Source of the DNA: Eledone cirrhosa
Taxonomy: Eukaryota
Length of the DNA stretch: 64,000 nt
Assembly (NCBI GenBank): GCA_964016885.1
Contig: OZ024743.1
Span: forward strand, 376,712,001-376,776,000
Direction of reading: 5' to 3'
Part shown: positions 26,854 through 42,294 of the stretch, one piece after another
Layout: every line of letters starts with the position of its first letter
How positions within the stretch are numbered: position 1 is the stretch's first letter
Position numbers and translations under genes: made by a program
The notes under the pieces: generated by a model
The model's input: the letters and a program-made list of their open reading frames with translations, nothing else
Databases searched by the model: none
Told to the model about the DNA's origin: nothing

Positions 26854-28359
26854 GTTATATAAGACAGTTATATAAGACAGTTATATAAGACAGTTATATA
26901 AGACAGTTATATAAGACAGTTATATAAGACAGTTATATAAGACAGTTATATAAGACAGTTATATAAGACAGTTATATAAGACAGTTATATAAGACAGTTA
27001 TATAAGACAGTTATATAAGACAGTTATATAAGACAGTTATATAAGACAGTTATATAAGACAGTTATATAAGACAGTTATATAAGACAGTTATATAAGACA
27101 GTTATATAAGACAGTTATATAAGACAGTTATACAAGACAGTTATACAAGACAGTTATATAAGACAGTTATATAAGACAGTTATATAAGACAGTTATACAA
27201 GACAGTTATATAAGACAGTTATACAAGACAGTTATATAAGACAGTTATATAAGACAGTTATATAAGACAGTTATATAAGACAGTTATATAAGATAGTTAT
27301 ATAAGACAGTTATATAAGACAGTTATATAAGACAGTTATATAAGACAGTTATATAAGACAGTTATATAAGACAGTTATATAAGACAGTTATATAAGACAG
27401 TTATATAAGACAGTTATATAAGATAGTTATATAAGACAGTTATATAAGACAGTTATATAAGATAGTTATATAAGACAGTTATATAAGACAGTTATATAAG
27501 ACAGTTATACAAGACAGTTATATAAGACAGTTATATAAGACAGTTATATAAGACAGTTATATAAGACAGTTATATAAGACAGTTATATAAGACAGTTATA
27601 TAAGACAGTTATATAAGATAGTTATATAAGACAGTTATATAAGACAGTTATATAAGATAGTTATATAAGACAGTTATATAAGACAGTTATATAAGACAGT
27701 TATACAAGACAGTTATATAAGACAGTTATATAAGACAGTTATATAAGACAGTTATATAAGACAGTTATATAAGATAGTTATATAAGACAGTTATATAAGA
27801 CAGTTATATAAGATAGTTATATAAGACAGTTATACAAGACAGTTATATAAGACAGTTATATAAGACAGTTATATAAGACAGTTATATAAGACAGTTATAT
27901 AAGATAGTTATATAAGACAGTTATATAAGACAGTTATATAAGATAGTTATATAAGACAGTTATACAAGACAGTTATATAAGACAGTTATATAAGACAGTT
28001 ATATAAGACAGTTATATAAGACAGTTATATAAGACAGTTATATAAGACAGTTATACAAGACAGTTATACAAGACAGTTATATAAGACAGTTATATAAGAC
28101 AGTTATATAAGACAGTTATATAAGACAGTTATATAAGACAGTTATATAAGACAGTTATATAAGACAGTTATATAAGACAGTTATATAAGACAGTTATATA
28201 AGACAGTTATATAAGACAGTTATATAAGACAGTTATATAAGACAGTTATATAAGACAGTTATACAAGACAGTTATACAAGACAGTTATACAAGACAGTTA
28301 TACAAGACAGTTATATAAGACAGTTATATAAGACAGTTATATAAGACAGTTATATAAGA
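26854..28359. repeat. 13-bp minisatellite (AAGACAGTTATAT)n, about 116 copies
   Basis: Read directly. Only two recurrent variants (TATAC, AGATAG). Confidence 0.98.
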
Positions 28360-28520
28360 TGTATAATAACCAGCTTGCCATAATAATATTCTTAACCATC
28401 CAAGTTTAACGGGGATTGAAAATACTTTTCTCTGAATTCTTATTCCTATCAAACGAGGCATCAAACTAACTTGAAATGCTTGTATTGGACTTATATTCAC
28501 ACACACACGCACTCACTCAC

Positions 28521-28606
<86 letters not shown>

Positions 28607-28697
28607 GCGTTCAAATGTCGGTGACCTCCAGCAAACAATTGAAGAAGGGACTGTCCCTTGTTTGTGCTTTCCTTTTATTTCTAAATACACTTTATCA

Positions 28698-28917
28698 ATA
28701 ATGGTTTCTTATATAGGCACTAGACCAGCAAATTTAGGGGCGGGGGGTCGATTAAATAGACCCCAGTTCGTGACTGGTACTTTATTTTATCGACCCCGTA
28801 AGGATGAAAGGCAAAGTTAACAACGGCGGGATTTGCACTCAGATCATAAAGGGCCGTAACTCTATGATGCAAAACATGGTGTCTGACGCTCTACCGATAC
28901 TGCCAATCCACCGCCCT
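28698..28917 (-). mobile_element. SINE family A, full length, with probable target-site duplication
   Basis: Complete head GGGCGGTGGATTGGCAGTATCGG on minus. TACACTTTATCAATAAT occurs on both sides (about 28686 and 28917). Confidence 0.9.
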
Positions 28918-29696
28918 ACACTTTATCAATAATAATAATAATAATAATGAAATTAGTGTGTACAGTGCTCAGGTGCACTACAAGCAACCACACAGCCCCT
29001 TGTTTCTTATGTATATATATATGTGTGTGTGTGTGTGTAAACAGAAATAACAAGGCAAGCGACAAAGTACAATGTAGAAATATATTAGTTTTATATATAT
29101 AATTAATTAGAGTATATGTTAGTTTATCAGCGACACATTAGTATGTAGGATAAAGCACTCGATGAAGTACACAAGTGGGTCTGTTTAATCCGGTGTATAA
29201 TTATTATCAAGAAGTACAAGTCAACGGTTTATAATTCACTTCGTTTATCCATGCAACTTCAAATCTTTATCAATATTTTACCTATGTATTCTACTCGATT
29301 TTCTAAACTATTACTTATAACACTTGACTGTTGCTACAGTTATTTTCTACATTTGGGGATCTCACATTTTAACATTACAAATCAACTAGTGTTTCGGTAA
29401 CTCATAAGGTCTGTTCACTTCCGGCCGCGTCCTGGCTTGGAGCTGTGTTCGATTCGCCGAAAACGACATTGGCAACTTTTTTCTTCCTCTAGAAGTATTC
29501 TATTCAATTTTCTCAGCAACAACAAATTACTTGTAACAACTGGACGTTGATGCTGCTATTATCTGCGTTTGGGTGCTCATATCTTCAAATTTCAAATTAC
29601 CCACCACTTCGATAACTCATAAGAATTAACCTATGGAAATCACTACGTTTTCGAGTCGGGGCATTAAGATCAATACAGTTCATCCCATTGCATACC

Positions 29697-29731
<35 letters not shown>

Positions 29732-29744
29732 GTATATATATATA

Positions 29745-29898
29745 ACAAAGTAAATGTGGTAAGAAACCAGGTGGACCGTAACGCACCAGAGTATTCGAAA
29801 AATTAGGGTAGTAGAGTGGGTAATAGGAACGAGTAGGACCCCGACGGCTGAGCTCCGGTCGTTTCGACAGCTAGATCCGAACGGATCCATTCGGATCT
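29745..29898 (-). mobile_element. (TA)n-anchored short element, family X copy 1, with hammerhead 3' half
   Basis: Homologous to 39135-39276 and 52365-52563. Same terminus TATA-ACAAAG. Confidence 0.75.
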
Positions 29899-29932
29899 CT
29901 CTCTCTCTTACTCTCTCTCTCTCTCTCCCCCC

Positions 29933-30030
<98 letters not shown>

Positions 30031-30079
30031 TATATACATATGTATATATATGTATATATATATATATATAAATATACAT

Positions 30080-30130
<51 letters not shown>

Positions 30131-30518
30131 TATACACACACACATATATATGTATATAGGTATATGTATATATGCACACTTACATAAATGTATAGATAAT
30201 GATTACATACGAATGAAACTGTTCTAATCTTGTAGAAGTCAGTTCTATATAAAATAAATATGCTTCTTCTCGAAAGCCTTATTGACTACTCTATTTAACT
30301 GTGGTTTTCCGATCCCCATCGGAAAAGACTCTTTAATTATATATATGTATATGTGGTGGAGTGTATGTGTGTACATGTAAGTACATAGACACACATACAC
30401 TCCGTACAGTGCGTCTTACCAATTGTAATTGCGTGTGCGCGTGTGTGTGCGCGCGTGTGTGCGCGCGTGCGTGTTTTATCTAACCCATAAATGAAGACCA
30501 TATGTTCGCTTACAAGTA

Positions 30519-30563
<45 letters not shown>

Positions 30564-30612
30564 TATATATGTATATATATATACATATATATATTTATGT
30601 ATATACATATGC

Positions 30613-30643
<31 letters not shown>

Positions 30644-30997
30644 CATACACATATGTATATCTACATATATTTACGTATATATACATCTATATATATATGA
30701 TGTATGTATATATATATATAAATGTATATATATACATATATATATGCATACATATTTATAAATACATATATATATAAAGAAACCTACACACATTATATAT
30801 ATATACATACATTACTAATGCCAACCAACGTCTATTAATGATTCCATCTCCACTACCATCGCCTCTTCAACCCTTCTTCAGTCGGCACTAATTCTCTTCA
30901 GATCTTCAACATTTCATTGTCTATTACACTTTTGGTGGGGGATTAGACGGGAGGACGGCGCGTGGGACACGCTAGCTTATAGGCAAGTTTATTATCA

Positions 30998-31178
30998 TGG
31001 CAGTATCGGTAGAGGGTCGGACGCCATGCTTTCCAGCATAGCTACGTCCCTTTACGATCTGAGTTCAAATCCCACCGAGGTTGACTTTGCCTTTCATCCT
31101 TACGGGGTCGATAGAATAAAGTACCAGTAATGCACTGGGTAATTGCTGGCCTTGTGCCTAAAGTAGAAATAATTATTA
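30998..31178 (+). mobile_element. SINE family A
   Basis: Near-identical to the array unit at 21560-21752, in opposite orientation. Confidence 0.9.
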
Positions 31179-31853
31179 TTAGAATTAGGGATTTTTCAGT
31201 TACTTATTAGTGTTGTTCTTGTTATTTTGTTGCTTTTGTTGTTGCTGTGATTGTGGTGTTGTTGTGGTGGTGAGGGGTAACGGTGCTGGTAGTGGTGGTG
31301 GGGGTGGTGGTGTTGATGGTGGTGGTGGTGGTAGTTGTGGTGTTGGTGGTGGTGGTGATGGTGGTGGTAGTTGGTGGTGGTGGTGTAGGTGGTGGTGGTT
31401 GTCGTGTTGGTGGTGGTGGTGGTGATGGTTGTCGTGTTGGTGGTGGTGGTGGTGGTTGTCGTTTTGTTGTTGGTGGTGGTGGTGGTGGTGGTGGTGGTGG
31501 TGGTTCACATAGCATTAAGGAATTTCTGCTTGGAAATGACTGGAGAAAAACTGAATACTAAGTTGGTAAACTACAAGAATGATGATGATGATGACGATGA
31601 TGATGATGAGGATAATGACGATGATGACGATGATGATGATGATGACGATGATGATGATGACGATGATGATGTTTATGATGATGATGATGATGAAGGTCAA
31701 TCTATACTTTTATGATCTAAACTGAGAAAATTCAATTTTTATTTTGCTCAGTTTTCAACATTTAAAAAAATATATTTACTTTATTCTATTTATTTATTTA
31801 TTGTTTTAGAAATCTGTCTTTGATGATACACTAAATATTGATTTCTCCCTTAT

Positions 31854-31911
31854 TTCTTCTTCTTCTTCTTCTTCTTCTTCTTCTTCTTCTTCTTCTTCTT
31901 CTTCTTCTTCT

Positions 31912-31958
<47 letters not shown>

Positions 31959-32186
31959 TTCTTCTTCTTCTTCTTCTTCTTCTTCTTCATCATCATTATC
32001 ATCACCATTTTCTTCTTCATCATCATCATTATCATCACCATTTTCTTCTTCTTCTTCTTCTTCTTCTTCTTCTCTTCTTCTTCTTCTTCTTCTTCTTCTT
32101 CTTTTCTTCTTCTTCTTCTTCTTCTTCTTCTTCTTCTTCTTCTTCTTCTTCTTCTTCTTCTTCTTCTTCTTCTTCTTCTTCTTCTT
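31854..32186. repeat. (CTT)n tract with embedded (CAT)n
   Basis: Read directly from the sequence. Confidence 0.95.
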
Positions 32187-32462
32187 GATTCTACCTCCCC
32201 CCTCCAGCTCCTGGGGCCTACATCTCTAAAGCTGCTGGTGTTAGTGGTATAGGTGCTTTTGGTGATGTTGATGGTGTTGCTGGCATTGATGGTGATTAGT
32301 TATGTTGGTGTCGATGGAGATGCTGCTTGTGTTGATGGTTCTGTTGGAGATGTTTACAGTGATGATGATGATGTGTGTGTTGATGGTATTCATGGTAATG
32401 GTGATGGTGATGGTGCTTGTGTGCTGGTGGATATATTGAGTATGGTGATGTTGATGGAGATG

Positions 32463-32562
<100 letters not shown>

Positions 32563-32988
32563 GTGCGTGTGTGCGTGTGTGTGTGTGCTGATGGTGATGT
32601 GTGTGTTGGTAGGAGGTGGAACAAGAGCCACCACTACCACCATTAATACCACCATCAGCACCATCGCACCACCACCACCATCACCTTCAACACCACCACC
32701 AACACCAACACCAACAACAGTTTTATACATAGTTACTGGTGCTGTTTCCTGTCCACTGTTGCCTGGTAACACAATGGTGTGGTAAAAATCTAACGGGCCA
32801 GATTAAAAGAAAAATTATGGAAAAAACTCAGTTTATACACACACACACACAAACTTACACACACTCATATATTTATATATATAAACACCTACATATGTAT
32901 ATATATACATATATATATATATGTATATATATGTGTGTGTATATATATATGTGTATATATATATATGTGTATATATATATATACATAA

Positions 32989-33038
<50 letters not shown>

Positions 33039-33088
33039 ACATATGTACATATATATATATATACTTATACATATATATATATATATAG

Positions 33089-33136
<48 letters not shown>

Positions 33137-33685
33137 GAGAGAGAGAAGGGGAAGAGGAGAGAGATATGAAATAACGAAGTAAAATGCAAAAATACACAAA
33201 AATAAAATAAGTAAAACTGGAATGAAATATAAAAACAACAACAACACTAACAACAACAACAACAACAACAACACTAACAACAACAACCACAATAAACTCT
33301 TTTTCTGAAACATCTGAAAGGCAATTATAATGAAATAAAGTGTATAACGATGGTTGTGAGGGGTAGGGCAGTGTGTGGTTGAGGTAAGAAGAGAGAGTGG
33401 GGGAGGGGGACAGGGGGAGAGTGGACAAGGGGAGATTGTTTGTTATTTTTGTTTGTTTTTTTAACATTTTATTATTGTTTTGCGTTTGTTTTGTTTTTTT
33501 GTTTTGTTTTTATTTTTGTTGTTTTTCTTTTTTTGGTGGCTGCCTTCGCCATATTTTAAAGAGTTTTATTTTTTCTTCTTCAATCAAACAGGAACCAACA
33601 TTTGATAGGTTGAGAAGGAGGGGTGGGAGATTGAGGAATAAAGGTGGGGGAGGAGGAGGTTGAAGAATAAAAGAGTTTCTAAAAT

Positions 33686-33715
33686 GGCAGCAGCAGTTGC
33701 AGCAGTAGTAGTTGC

Positions 33716-33759
<44 letters not shown>

Positions 33760-34133
33760 CAGTAGCAATAGTAGTAGCAGAAGCAATAGTAGTAGTAGCA
33801 GGAGCAGTAGTAGTAGCAGTAGTAGTAGTAGTAACAGTAGTAGTAGCAGTAATAGTAGCAGTAGTAGTAGCAGTAGCAGAAGCAGTAGTAGTAGTAGTAG
33901 CAATAGCAGTAGTAGTAGCAATAATAGTAGTAGTTCAGTAGAAGTAGTAGCAGTCGTAGTAGCAGTAGTAGTAGTAGCAATAGCAGTAGTAGTAGCAGTA
34001 ATAGTAGTAGTAGCAGTAGCAGTAGCAGTAGTAGCAGTAGCAGTAGTTGTAGTAGTAATAGCAGTAGTAGCAGTAGCAGTAGTTGTAGTAGTAGTAGCAG
34101 ATGTAGCAATAGCAGTAGCAGTAGCAGTAATTC

Positions 34134-34184
<51 letters not shown>

Positions 34185-34259
34185 CAGTAGTAGTAGCAGT
34201 AGTAGTAGCAGTAGTAGTAACAGTAGTAGTAGCAGTAGTAGTAGTAGCAGTAGTAGTAA
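33686..34259. repeat. (AGT/AGC)n compound trinucleotide tract
   Basis: Read directly from the sequence. Confidence 0.95.
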
Positions 34260-34462
34260 CCACATAAAACATCTGTTATGCTACAAATGGCAGAAGACAC
34301 GCTGCCTCTCTTTTCAGTATCTCTCTCACACACAGGGCGCAGATTAATTTGAAGTCAATCCCTCCCCCTACCCCCCTACCCCCTCCCCTCTCAGTTTATC
34401 TATATTGCGTCAACCCCCCCCCCCCCGCTCTCTCTCTGTCTCTCTATATGTCTCTATCACTT

Positions 34463-34493
<31 letters not shown>

Positions 34494-34537
34494 TCCTATC
34501 TCAATCTATATTTCTTTATCTATCTGTGTCCCCCCCC

Positions 34538-34568
<31 letters not shown>

Positions 34569-34678
34569 CTGTATATGTCACTCTCTCTCAATCTCTGTCT
34601 ATCTATCCCTACTCTATATGTCTTTCTTTTTCACTCTATCTCACTTTATATGTCTCTCTCACTATATCTCTCTCTTTC

Positions 34679-34717
<39 letters not shown>

Positions 34718-34802
34718 ATCTCACTCTATATCTCTTTCTCTCTCCCACCCTCCCTCTCTCTCTTTCACCCTCTCTCCCTATCTCTCTCTCTCTCTCTCTC
34801 CC

Positions 34803-34879
<77 letters not shown>

Positions 34880-35658
34880 TATACAGTTTTTATATCTGTT
34901 TACGATATTGTTTTCATTAAATTTTTCCTTATAGCCATTTTCATTCAGATTATTAAGTTTTTTGTTTTGCATGCGTGCGCGCGTGTGTGTGAGTGTGTGT
35001 ACAAGTGTATGGGTGTGCACATGTTAGTGTGTGTACATGTGTGTGTTTATGTCAATTAATTTCATTTCATTTTTCATTTTTTCATTTATTATATATTTTT
35101 TCATTTACTTATTATTTTTTCATTATATATATATATATTTATTTATTTATTATTATCGTTTTGTTTTAATATTTACAAAAATACAAGAGTATAACATTTA
35201 TTGCAGTGGTTCCTTCGAGTAAATTAATATTTTCTTTCAGTTTTGTTTGTTTGCTTTTCTTCTTCTTCTTCTTCTTCTTCTTCTTCTTCTTCTTCTTCTT
35301 CTTCTTCTTCTTCTTCTTCTTCTTCTTCTTCTTCTTCTTCTTCTTCTTCTTCTTTTCTAACTCGTTATTTATTTATTTATTTATTTATTGGTAAATGCAC
35401 CACAAATGAAGATTAAACATGAGCAAAATGTTTTGCTATGAGATATGAGTTTTGTCTATTTTTTTCTTCTTCCTGAAACAAAGATAAAAATGTTTATAAT
35501 TAGTTTATTTAAGCAAAAGTAAGCAACAAACAAAAGCAAAAAATAGAAAACAAAGCAAAAAGAGAGAAATCCTTTGTTAACGTATTCCTTCTTTAATTTG
35601 TGGTTTTATAGAAGAAATGTATATCTCTGACGTGATGCTGCTTAATAGTCCCCCCCCT

Positions 35659-35705
<47 letters not shown>

Positions 35706-35870
35706 TTTTCTCACTCTCTCTCTCTATCTCTCTCTCTCTTTCTCTCTCTCTCTCTTGCTGCACACAGTTCCAGTTCAATAAATAATCATTGTTATTGATT
35801 AGTAGAAATAGAGAATATATATGTGTGTGTGTGTATTATATGTGTGTATATACATACATATATGTATATG

Positions 35871-35928
<58 letters not shown>

Positions 35929-35969
35929 TATATATATATACTACATATATATATATAGTATATATATAA

Positions 35970-36037
<68 letters not shown>

Positions 36038-36508
36038 TATACATACACAGATATATATATATATATATTTAATAAATCGCAAAAGAGCATCATGCCAAGT
36101 TATGCTATTTTTAATATATATTCTTTCTTTACAAACTTGAAAGTTTTAAAAGATTAGAAATTATTTCGAACCAACATGTTTTCAAAGCTGGGGAAAAAAG
36201 GGAGAGGGAGAAAAAATGGAAGGAAGTTTGTTCAAAGCTAATATTTACAATTTTAGCCTTATGGTCTTTTGAAGTTGTGTAAAAGGGTTGATGTGAGGCA
36301 TATTGGTGAATTTATGTGCCACTCTGAACACGAGTAAACAACATATCAGATAAGAAGTAATAATTAAACCAAACAACGAGATTGTTTCCATGAAAAAAAA
36401 AATTTGAGCAAATTCGGTAGTAGCAGGCTGCTGCAATAAGCAAGTGAAATTATTGTTGTTCAAACTAACACAATATATACATATACACTCTCTCCCCCAT
36501 ATCTCTCT

Positions 36509-36593
<85 letters not shown>

Positions 36594-37575
36594 TCTCTCT
36601 TTCTCATCAAACTAACACAATATATACACATATACTCTTTTATTTCTCTCTTTCGCCCTTTCTCACTCTTTCTTACTCTCTCTCTTTCTTTCTCTCTCTC
36701 TCTCTTCAAACTAATACAATATACACCCTCACCTCATTGAAAAAATAGAATTATGAACATGAACATTTTTATGAATCTCTTCTTTATGTATTTTGTTTCG
36801 GTTTTGGCTTTTTGTGTGTTGTGTTTTTTTCTTCTGTTTGGAAATTATTTGACCATTTTCAACTAGTCAGTTGCAATATTGTAGATTGGGGGCCCCCACA
36901 TTGCTTTTGTGTCGAGTTTTATTGCTGATAAAAATATATTGAAAAATAACTTTGATATATTTTATGTTCTTCAGCATATTCCATTTCATTCTTGAAAAAC
37001 TCTGCATTTATTAGCCAACATTTATTGGCAATAACAGTTGAATAGAGATTTTGTTTTATGCATTCTGATATAAGAATCGGGATAAAAAGAATTTTGTAGT
37101 TCTACGGCATTCTCAGAGAAATAAAGAATTTAATTTTTGTTTGTTTGATTTTTTATTGTTTTTCTTTTTTGTTTTGTTTTTCATCATATTATTCAAGAGA
37201 ATAAATTGACAGAGTTCATAAAAAATCAGTTGTCTCCAGCATATATTTTTATTTTATTTTTTTGCAAATGAAAAACTATCTCAAAGGTGGTCTTAATTAT
37301 GAGGAATTACTTGGACTCGAAGTTTATCACATCGCCAGGATTAAAGAAAATCCTAGCAGGAAAGCGAATAATGTAAATATTTCTTCTCATGCACAATAAC
37401 ATTATTGGCTATGGACTTTGTATTGTACAAGTATATTCCAGTGTAGGTCTATTAAAAAAGGTGGGGGTAGCAGGGGCAGTTCAAAGGCACTGGCTGTCTG
37501 TCGAAAGATTATATCCACATTTAGTTTCAGATCTATTCATCTAAAAGATGAAAAGTATATTCGATATTTTTATTT

Positions 37576-37708
<133 letters not shown>

Positions 37709-38798
37709 ATATTTACTGGCCTTAGTGAATAGAGTAAATGAATAAATCACAAATGATGTAGGTAAAGAAGAAAAAAAATCTAATTTCTATATTAAAAAAA
37801 TATATCTTTCATTTTTATTATAGACTGGACATATTTTATCATTTTTTTTTTTCTTTTGGCTTCTCACTGAATTTATTCTTTTTACTTTCTCTTTTATTAT
37901 TTTTGACATAAAAATACCCAATAATATTTTGTATTTAAACCCCTATACCACCTCATGTAGAAAGTTTCGTTCGTTGCTCGAGGAATCCTTGGAAATACAT
38001 TTCGGTGATTTAAATGTCCTTAGTTTTACTAGCGTTTTGTCAGTAGGATATTTTTATGTGTTCAGTTTAAATAATTTCCACGATAGCAACATGTTTTATA
38101 AGACATTTTATATATATATATATACATATGTGTGTGTATGTGTGTGTATCTCTGTGTGTGTCTGTATGTCTGTGTCTTTGTGTCTTTGTGTGTGTATGTA
38201 TCTTTCACAGATGTTCTCTTTACATGGGTTTCTGATTGCCCTTTATGTGGGGGTTTCAAACTGACCTTTTATAGACCATTTCTGTGTGATCACTTACCCA
38301 CAGAAGAGGTTTCAAAGTTTCATCTTCATTGTTTGATTATTGATTTCGGGGGATTATTTTGTTGTTTTTGCTTGTATTCCCTGAAAATAACTTCAGTGTA
38401 AATTTTTATAAAGGACATTTTCATGATGATAGTGGAATGTGATAGATGAGACAAGGGTTTTCTGAAATGAACCATTGATGCTTCCAGCTGCTTAGAACAT
38501 AAAACTCTTGAAATTGCTATCAACCAATAAGTTTCAGTGAAAAGACTGGATTAAATGGATTGCTCCTTTTTTTGAAGGGATTTTTGCTTGTTTGTTTCTA
38601 TATTTGCTGTGAATGAATTTTCGTTTAATGTTGGCTTCTAGGGATCTGAAAAGATGAAAAGAAAATTCCAGTCAAGGTTGGTTTAGAATAAAAGAGAGAA
38701 GAATCTAAACACTCACTCATGATTCTTCAATAGAATATTTATATGTGTGTGTGTGGCTGGTGTGTGTGTGAGTTGTGTGCATGTGTGTATGTATGCAT

Positions 38799-38927
<129 letters not shown>

Positions 38928-39134
38928 ATACATATATATATACATATATATATATATTTATATACGTATTGTATATCTATATACATATATTATAAATATA
39001 TATATATATATATTTATAATGTATGTATATAGATATACAATACGTATATTATATATGTGTGTGTGTATGTATACATGTGTATCTATATTATATATATATA
39101 TATATAAACACACACACACACATATATATATATA

Positions 39135-39276
39135 ACGAAGGAAATGTGGTAAGAAACCAGGTGGACCATAACGCACCAAAGTACTCAATACTTAGGGTAG
39201 TAGAGTGGGTAATAATGAGTCCAGAATTAGCCGTCGAAACGGCTTGAGCTCAGCCGTCGGGGTCTTACTGGTTCCT
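39135..39276 (-). mobile_element. Family X copy 2, with its 5' segment (39215-39276) inverted
   Basis: 39135-39214 is collinear with the other copies. The remainder is the reverse complement of the segment that follows in the 52365 copy. (TA)n on both sides. Confidence 0.8.
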
Positions 39277-39589
39277 ATATATATATATATATATATATGT
39301 ATAGATATATATATACATACATACATACATGTATTATGGCTAATCAGTGAGCCTTGTTACTCTGGAGTTGCAGCTGCGCACTCGCAGAATCATCTGTTAC
39401 AATGAATATGAAATATTTTCTATTAAAAAACGATAGCTATGTAGAAACATAATGTAGATCGAATGTATAGTCTATTGAATAATTATTATTGATTAATTCA
39501 ATAAAAAACAAATTTATAATTTAATAATTAAGAGTATTAATTTGAGTATATGATACATTATATTTAATTTTTCGATTACCAAGCTGTAA

Positions 39590-39656
<67 letters not shown>

Positions 39657-39727
39657 ATACATACAAACATAGATACATACATACGTACATATACAGGACC
39701 CTATTTTTAGTGGCGTAGACATTTCTA

Positions 39728-39830
39728 AAGTCACCGAAGGCTGAATTGCTGAGTTTAAACTGAGCTACGGATTAAGTTAAGTCACCGAAGTGTGAGTTGC
39801 TTAGTTTTAACTGAGCTATGGATTAAGTCT
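39728..39830. repeat. 51-bp tandem duplication
   Basis: AAGTCACCGAAG...AACTGAGCTAYGGATTAAGT occurs twice. Confidence 0.8.
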
Positions 39831-39924
39831 ATCTCCCAAGTAGGTTATGATGAGATTTGTACTTAGAAGGCATGAAACCGTTACCAATACCGACATTATT
39901 GATTTTATAAGTCTGCCGCCCTAG

Positions 39925-40290
39925 ATTAGTACTTTATCTATTAGCCCCATAAGAATGGGAGGCAAAATTGACCACGACGTGATTTGAACTCAGAGTCAAG
40001 AGCCGGACTATATCCCGCATGTCGTGTCCTGTAATGATTAAATTTTGATATTTGGTATGCCCTTGCTGGTATTATTGATGAAAGATTTAAAACAGGTGAT
40101 TAAATTCATATTTCCTATAATTCTACCTGTTTAATCAATTGAACCAGTTTCTCGCTGCTAAATTTGTCTTGTAAGTCATTTATCAACCCGAGGCTATAAT
40201 AGAAGACACTCACACAAGGTGCCACGCAATGGAACTGAACCCGAAACTCCGTGGTTGAAAAGTGAATTCCTTAACCACACAACCATTCCC
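39925..40290 (-). mobile_element. Two degenerate SINEs (family A-like about 39925-40030; CORE-like about 40150-40290)
   Basis: GATTTGAACTCAGA; GAAGACACT..CAAGGTGCCACGCA..GAACCCG..TTAACCACAC. Confidence 0.6.
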
Positions 40291-41019
40291 TATCGATTCG
40301 ATACTGATAATAAACGGACGAAAGTCAAAAAATATTTCCATGTAATTTTAAACGAGGTTTGATTTAACGTTAAATATAATTTTAAATTATATTTGAGCTT
40401 AATGAATTATTTGCAGCATATTTCCCTAATTATGCTAACAATGAATTTTACCCAAAATCCACTCATTAATCTACTATCCATTTTTAAAGTTGTCTTTTTT
40501 TTATGTCTGCAGGCGATTTTTCCCAGAAGTAGAGTAGAAAATAAATAGAAAAACATGAATCATTTTGTCTGTTAGTAGTGTTCCGTGTTTACATTTAACA
40601 TTGCAGTTTTCAATTGAGTTTCAGCAAATATTTGTTACATTGTCAGGGAAAATATAATTTATTTCCATTATTATTATTATTATTATTATTATTCCCAGCC
40701 AATTCTCAATAACCTTTAGGGATAAAATTTTCCACATATCTAACTGTAAACAATATATGAAATAGCCACCCATTTTAGTCAAAAATATATAAAAGGTTAA
40801 AATTCATTTTTGTTCTTTTGCGGCTTTTTATTTTCTTTTGATTTTTTGATTTTGCTTTAGTCATCTGTAAATTTTAATAATAAAAATAATTATAATCCGG
40901 TAAGATTTTAATGAAAACTCATTAATTACTTACTACACAGACAGACATAAAAAATGTCTAAAAATTTTAATTTATTTTAAAATATTGGCTTTTAGATTTT
41001 TAAAATATGAGACTTCCTT

Positions 41020-41560
41020 AAGGCAGAATCAGTAAAGCGTTGGACGAAATGGCTGGCAGTAATTCTTGCGATTCTTTCTTTACATTGTTGGGTTGTTCAA
41101 ATCTTGCTGAGGTAAACCTTATCTTTTATCCTCTCGGGGATTGATTTAAAACAGGTTTAAGTCAAGGAATTGTGGATTGGTGAAATTGATAGAGTATTGG
41201 ACAAAATTATTCCTGATATTTGTTCTGACTCTCTATGTTCTAGATCTTTATGTTCTGAGTTCAAATCCTGCTGAGATTAGATGCGTGGTTCACCCTTCCA
41301 GAGATTGATTTTTTAAAAAAGAGTTCCATTCTAAACACAGTGGATAGGCGGGATTATAAATGTTGGACGAAATGCTTTGTGATATTTGTCTACACGCTCT
41401 GTGTTTGCCTTTTCCCCTGGACAACATCATTAGCATAGTGACTTTCTTTATAGACAACTGCTGGTTTTCTATCCAAACACTTTGCTCAGGTATACACTTT
41501 AGATAGGTAAGCTCCAGGTATCATTACAGCGTCATTACTGGTAGACAGAGGCCTTATATA
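41020..41560 (+). mobile_element. Old, degenerate SINE copies in tandem (family A heads plus a family B tail)
   Basis: GTTCAAATC B boxes at about 41096 and 41259. TTTGCCTTTTCCCCTGGACAACATC matches about 22943. Confidence 0.55.
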
Positions 41561-41879
41561 TATGGCATTTCTTTCCAAAACTGGATTTTTTCAATTTACA
41601 ATTTGACAATTAAAATACTATGCCCTGGTGATTGTCTGCCTTGCCTGAAATTTAAGATGTTTCACTTCCTAGGCTAGTTACATCATGAGAGGCATGACTA
41701 TGTGGTCGCTCAACCTCTTAGAAACAGCAGAAAAATATACAAGATTGTAATCAAGATTTTATAATATAGATTGATTGAAAAGGTTGTTTAACGTTTTGCT
41801 TACATACACACACATTCACACAGACACATGCAGACACACAGAGACACTGACACGCGCTCGCACGCACACGCCCACACAT

Positions 41880-41953
<74 letters not shown>

Positions 41954-41962
41954 GCGCGTACG

Positions 41963-42022
<60 letters not shown>

Positions 42023-42028
<6 letters not shown>

Positions 42029-42294
42029 TAGAATATTCGAAAATATTCTGTATGTTTATAATAAACATTTTGAAGACCTAATCGCTATAGAATAGAATAC
42101 GTCACGTATTACAATTAGATTCTCGATAAAAGCAAGGGAAGTAATCTACGCGTTTCATTCTCGTTAGAAATCATCAGGACTACATATCCAGTGCTTTTAT
42201 CGAGGTCTTCAAAATGTTTATTATAAACATACAGAATATTTTCGAATATTCTATGTCTATATTCACATATATATCGCTATTTCAGAGCATTTAT

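Noticed and set aside
26854-28359. CRISPR-like array (also 59134-64000 and 20970-21752)
   Set aside because: No unique spacers, no cas genes, eukaryotic context.
38419-38468. C/D box snoRNA (ATGATGA...CTGA with short terminal stem)
   Set aside because: Only about 50 nt, with no recognisable guide or internal boxes; expected by chance.
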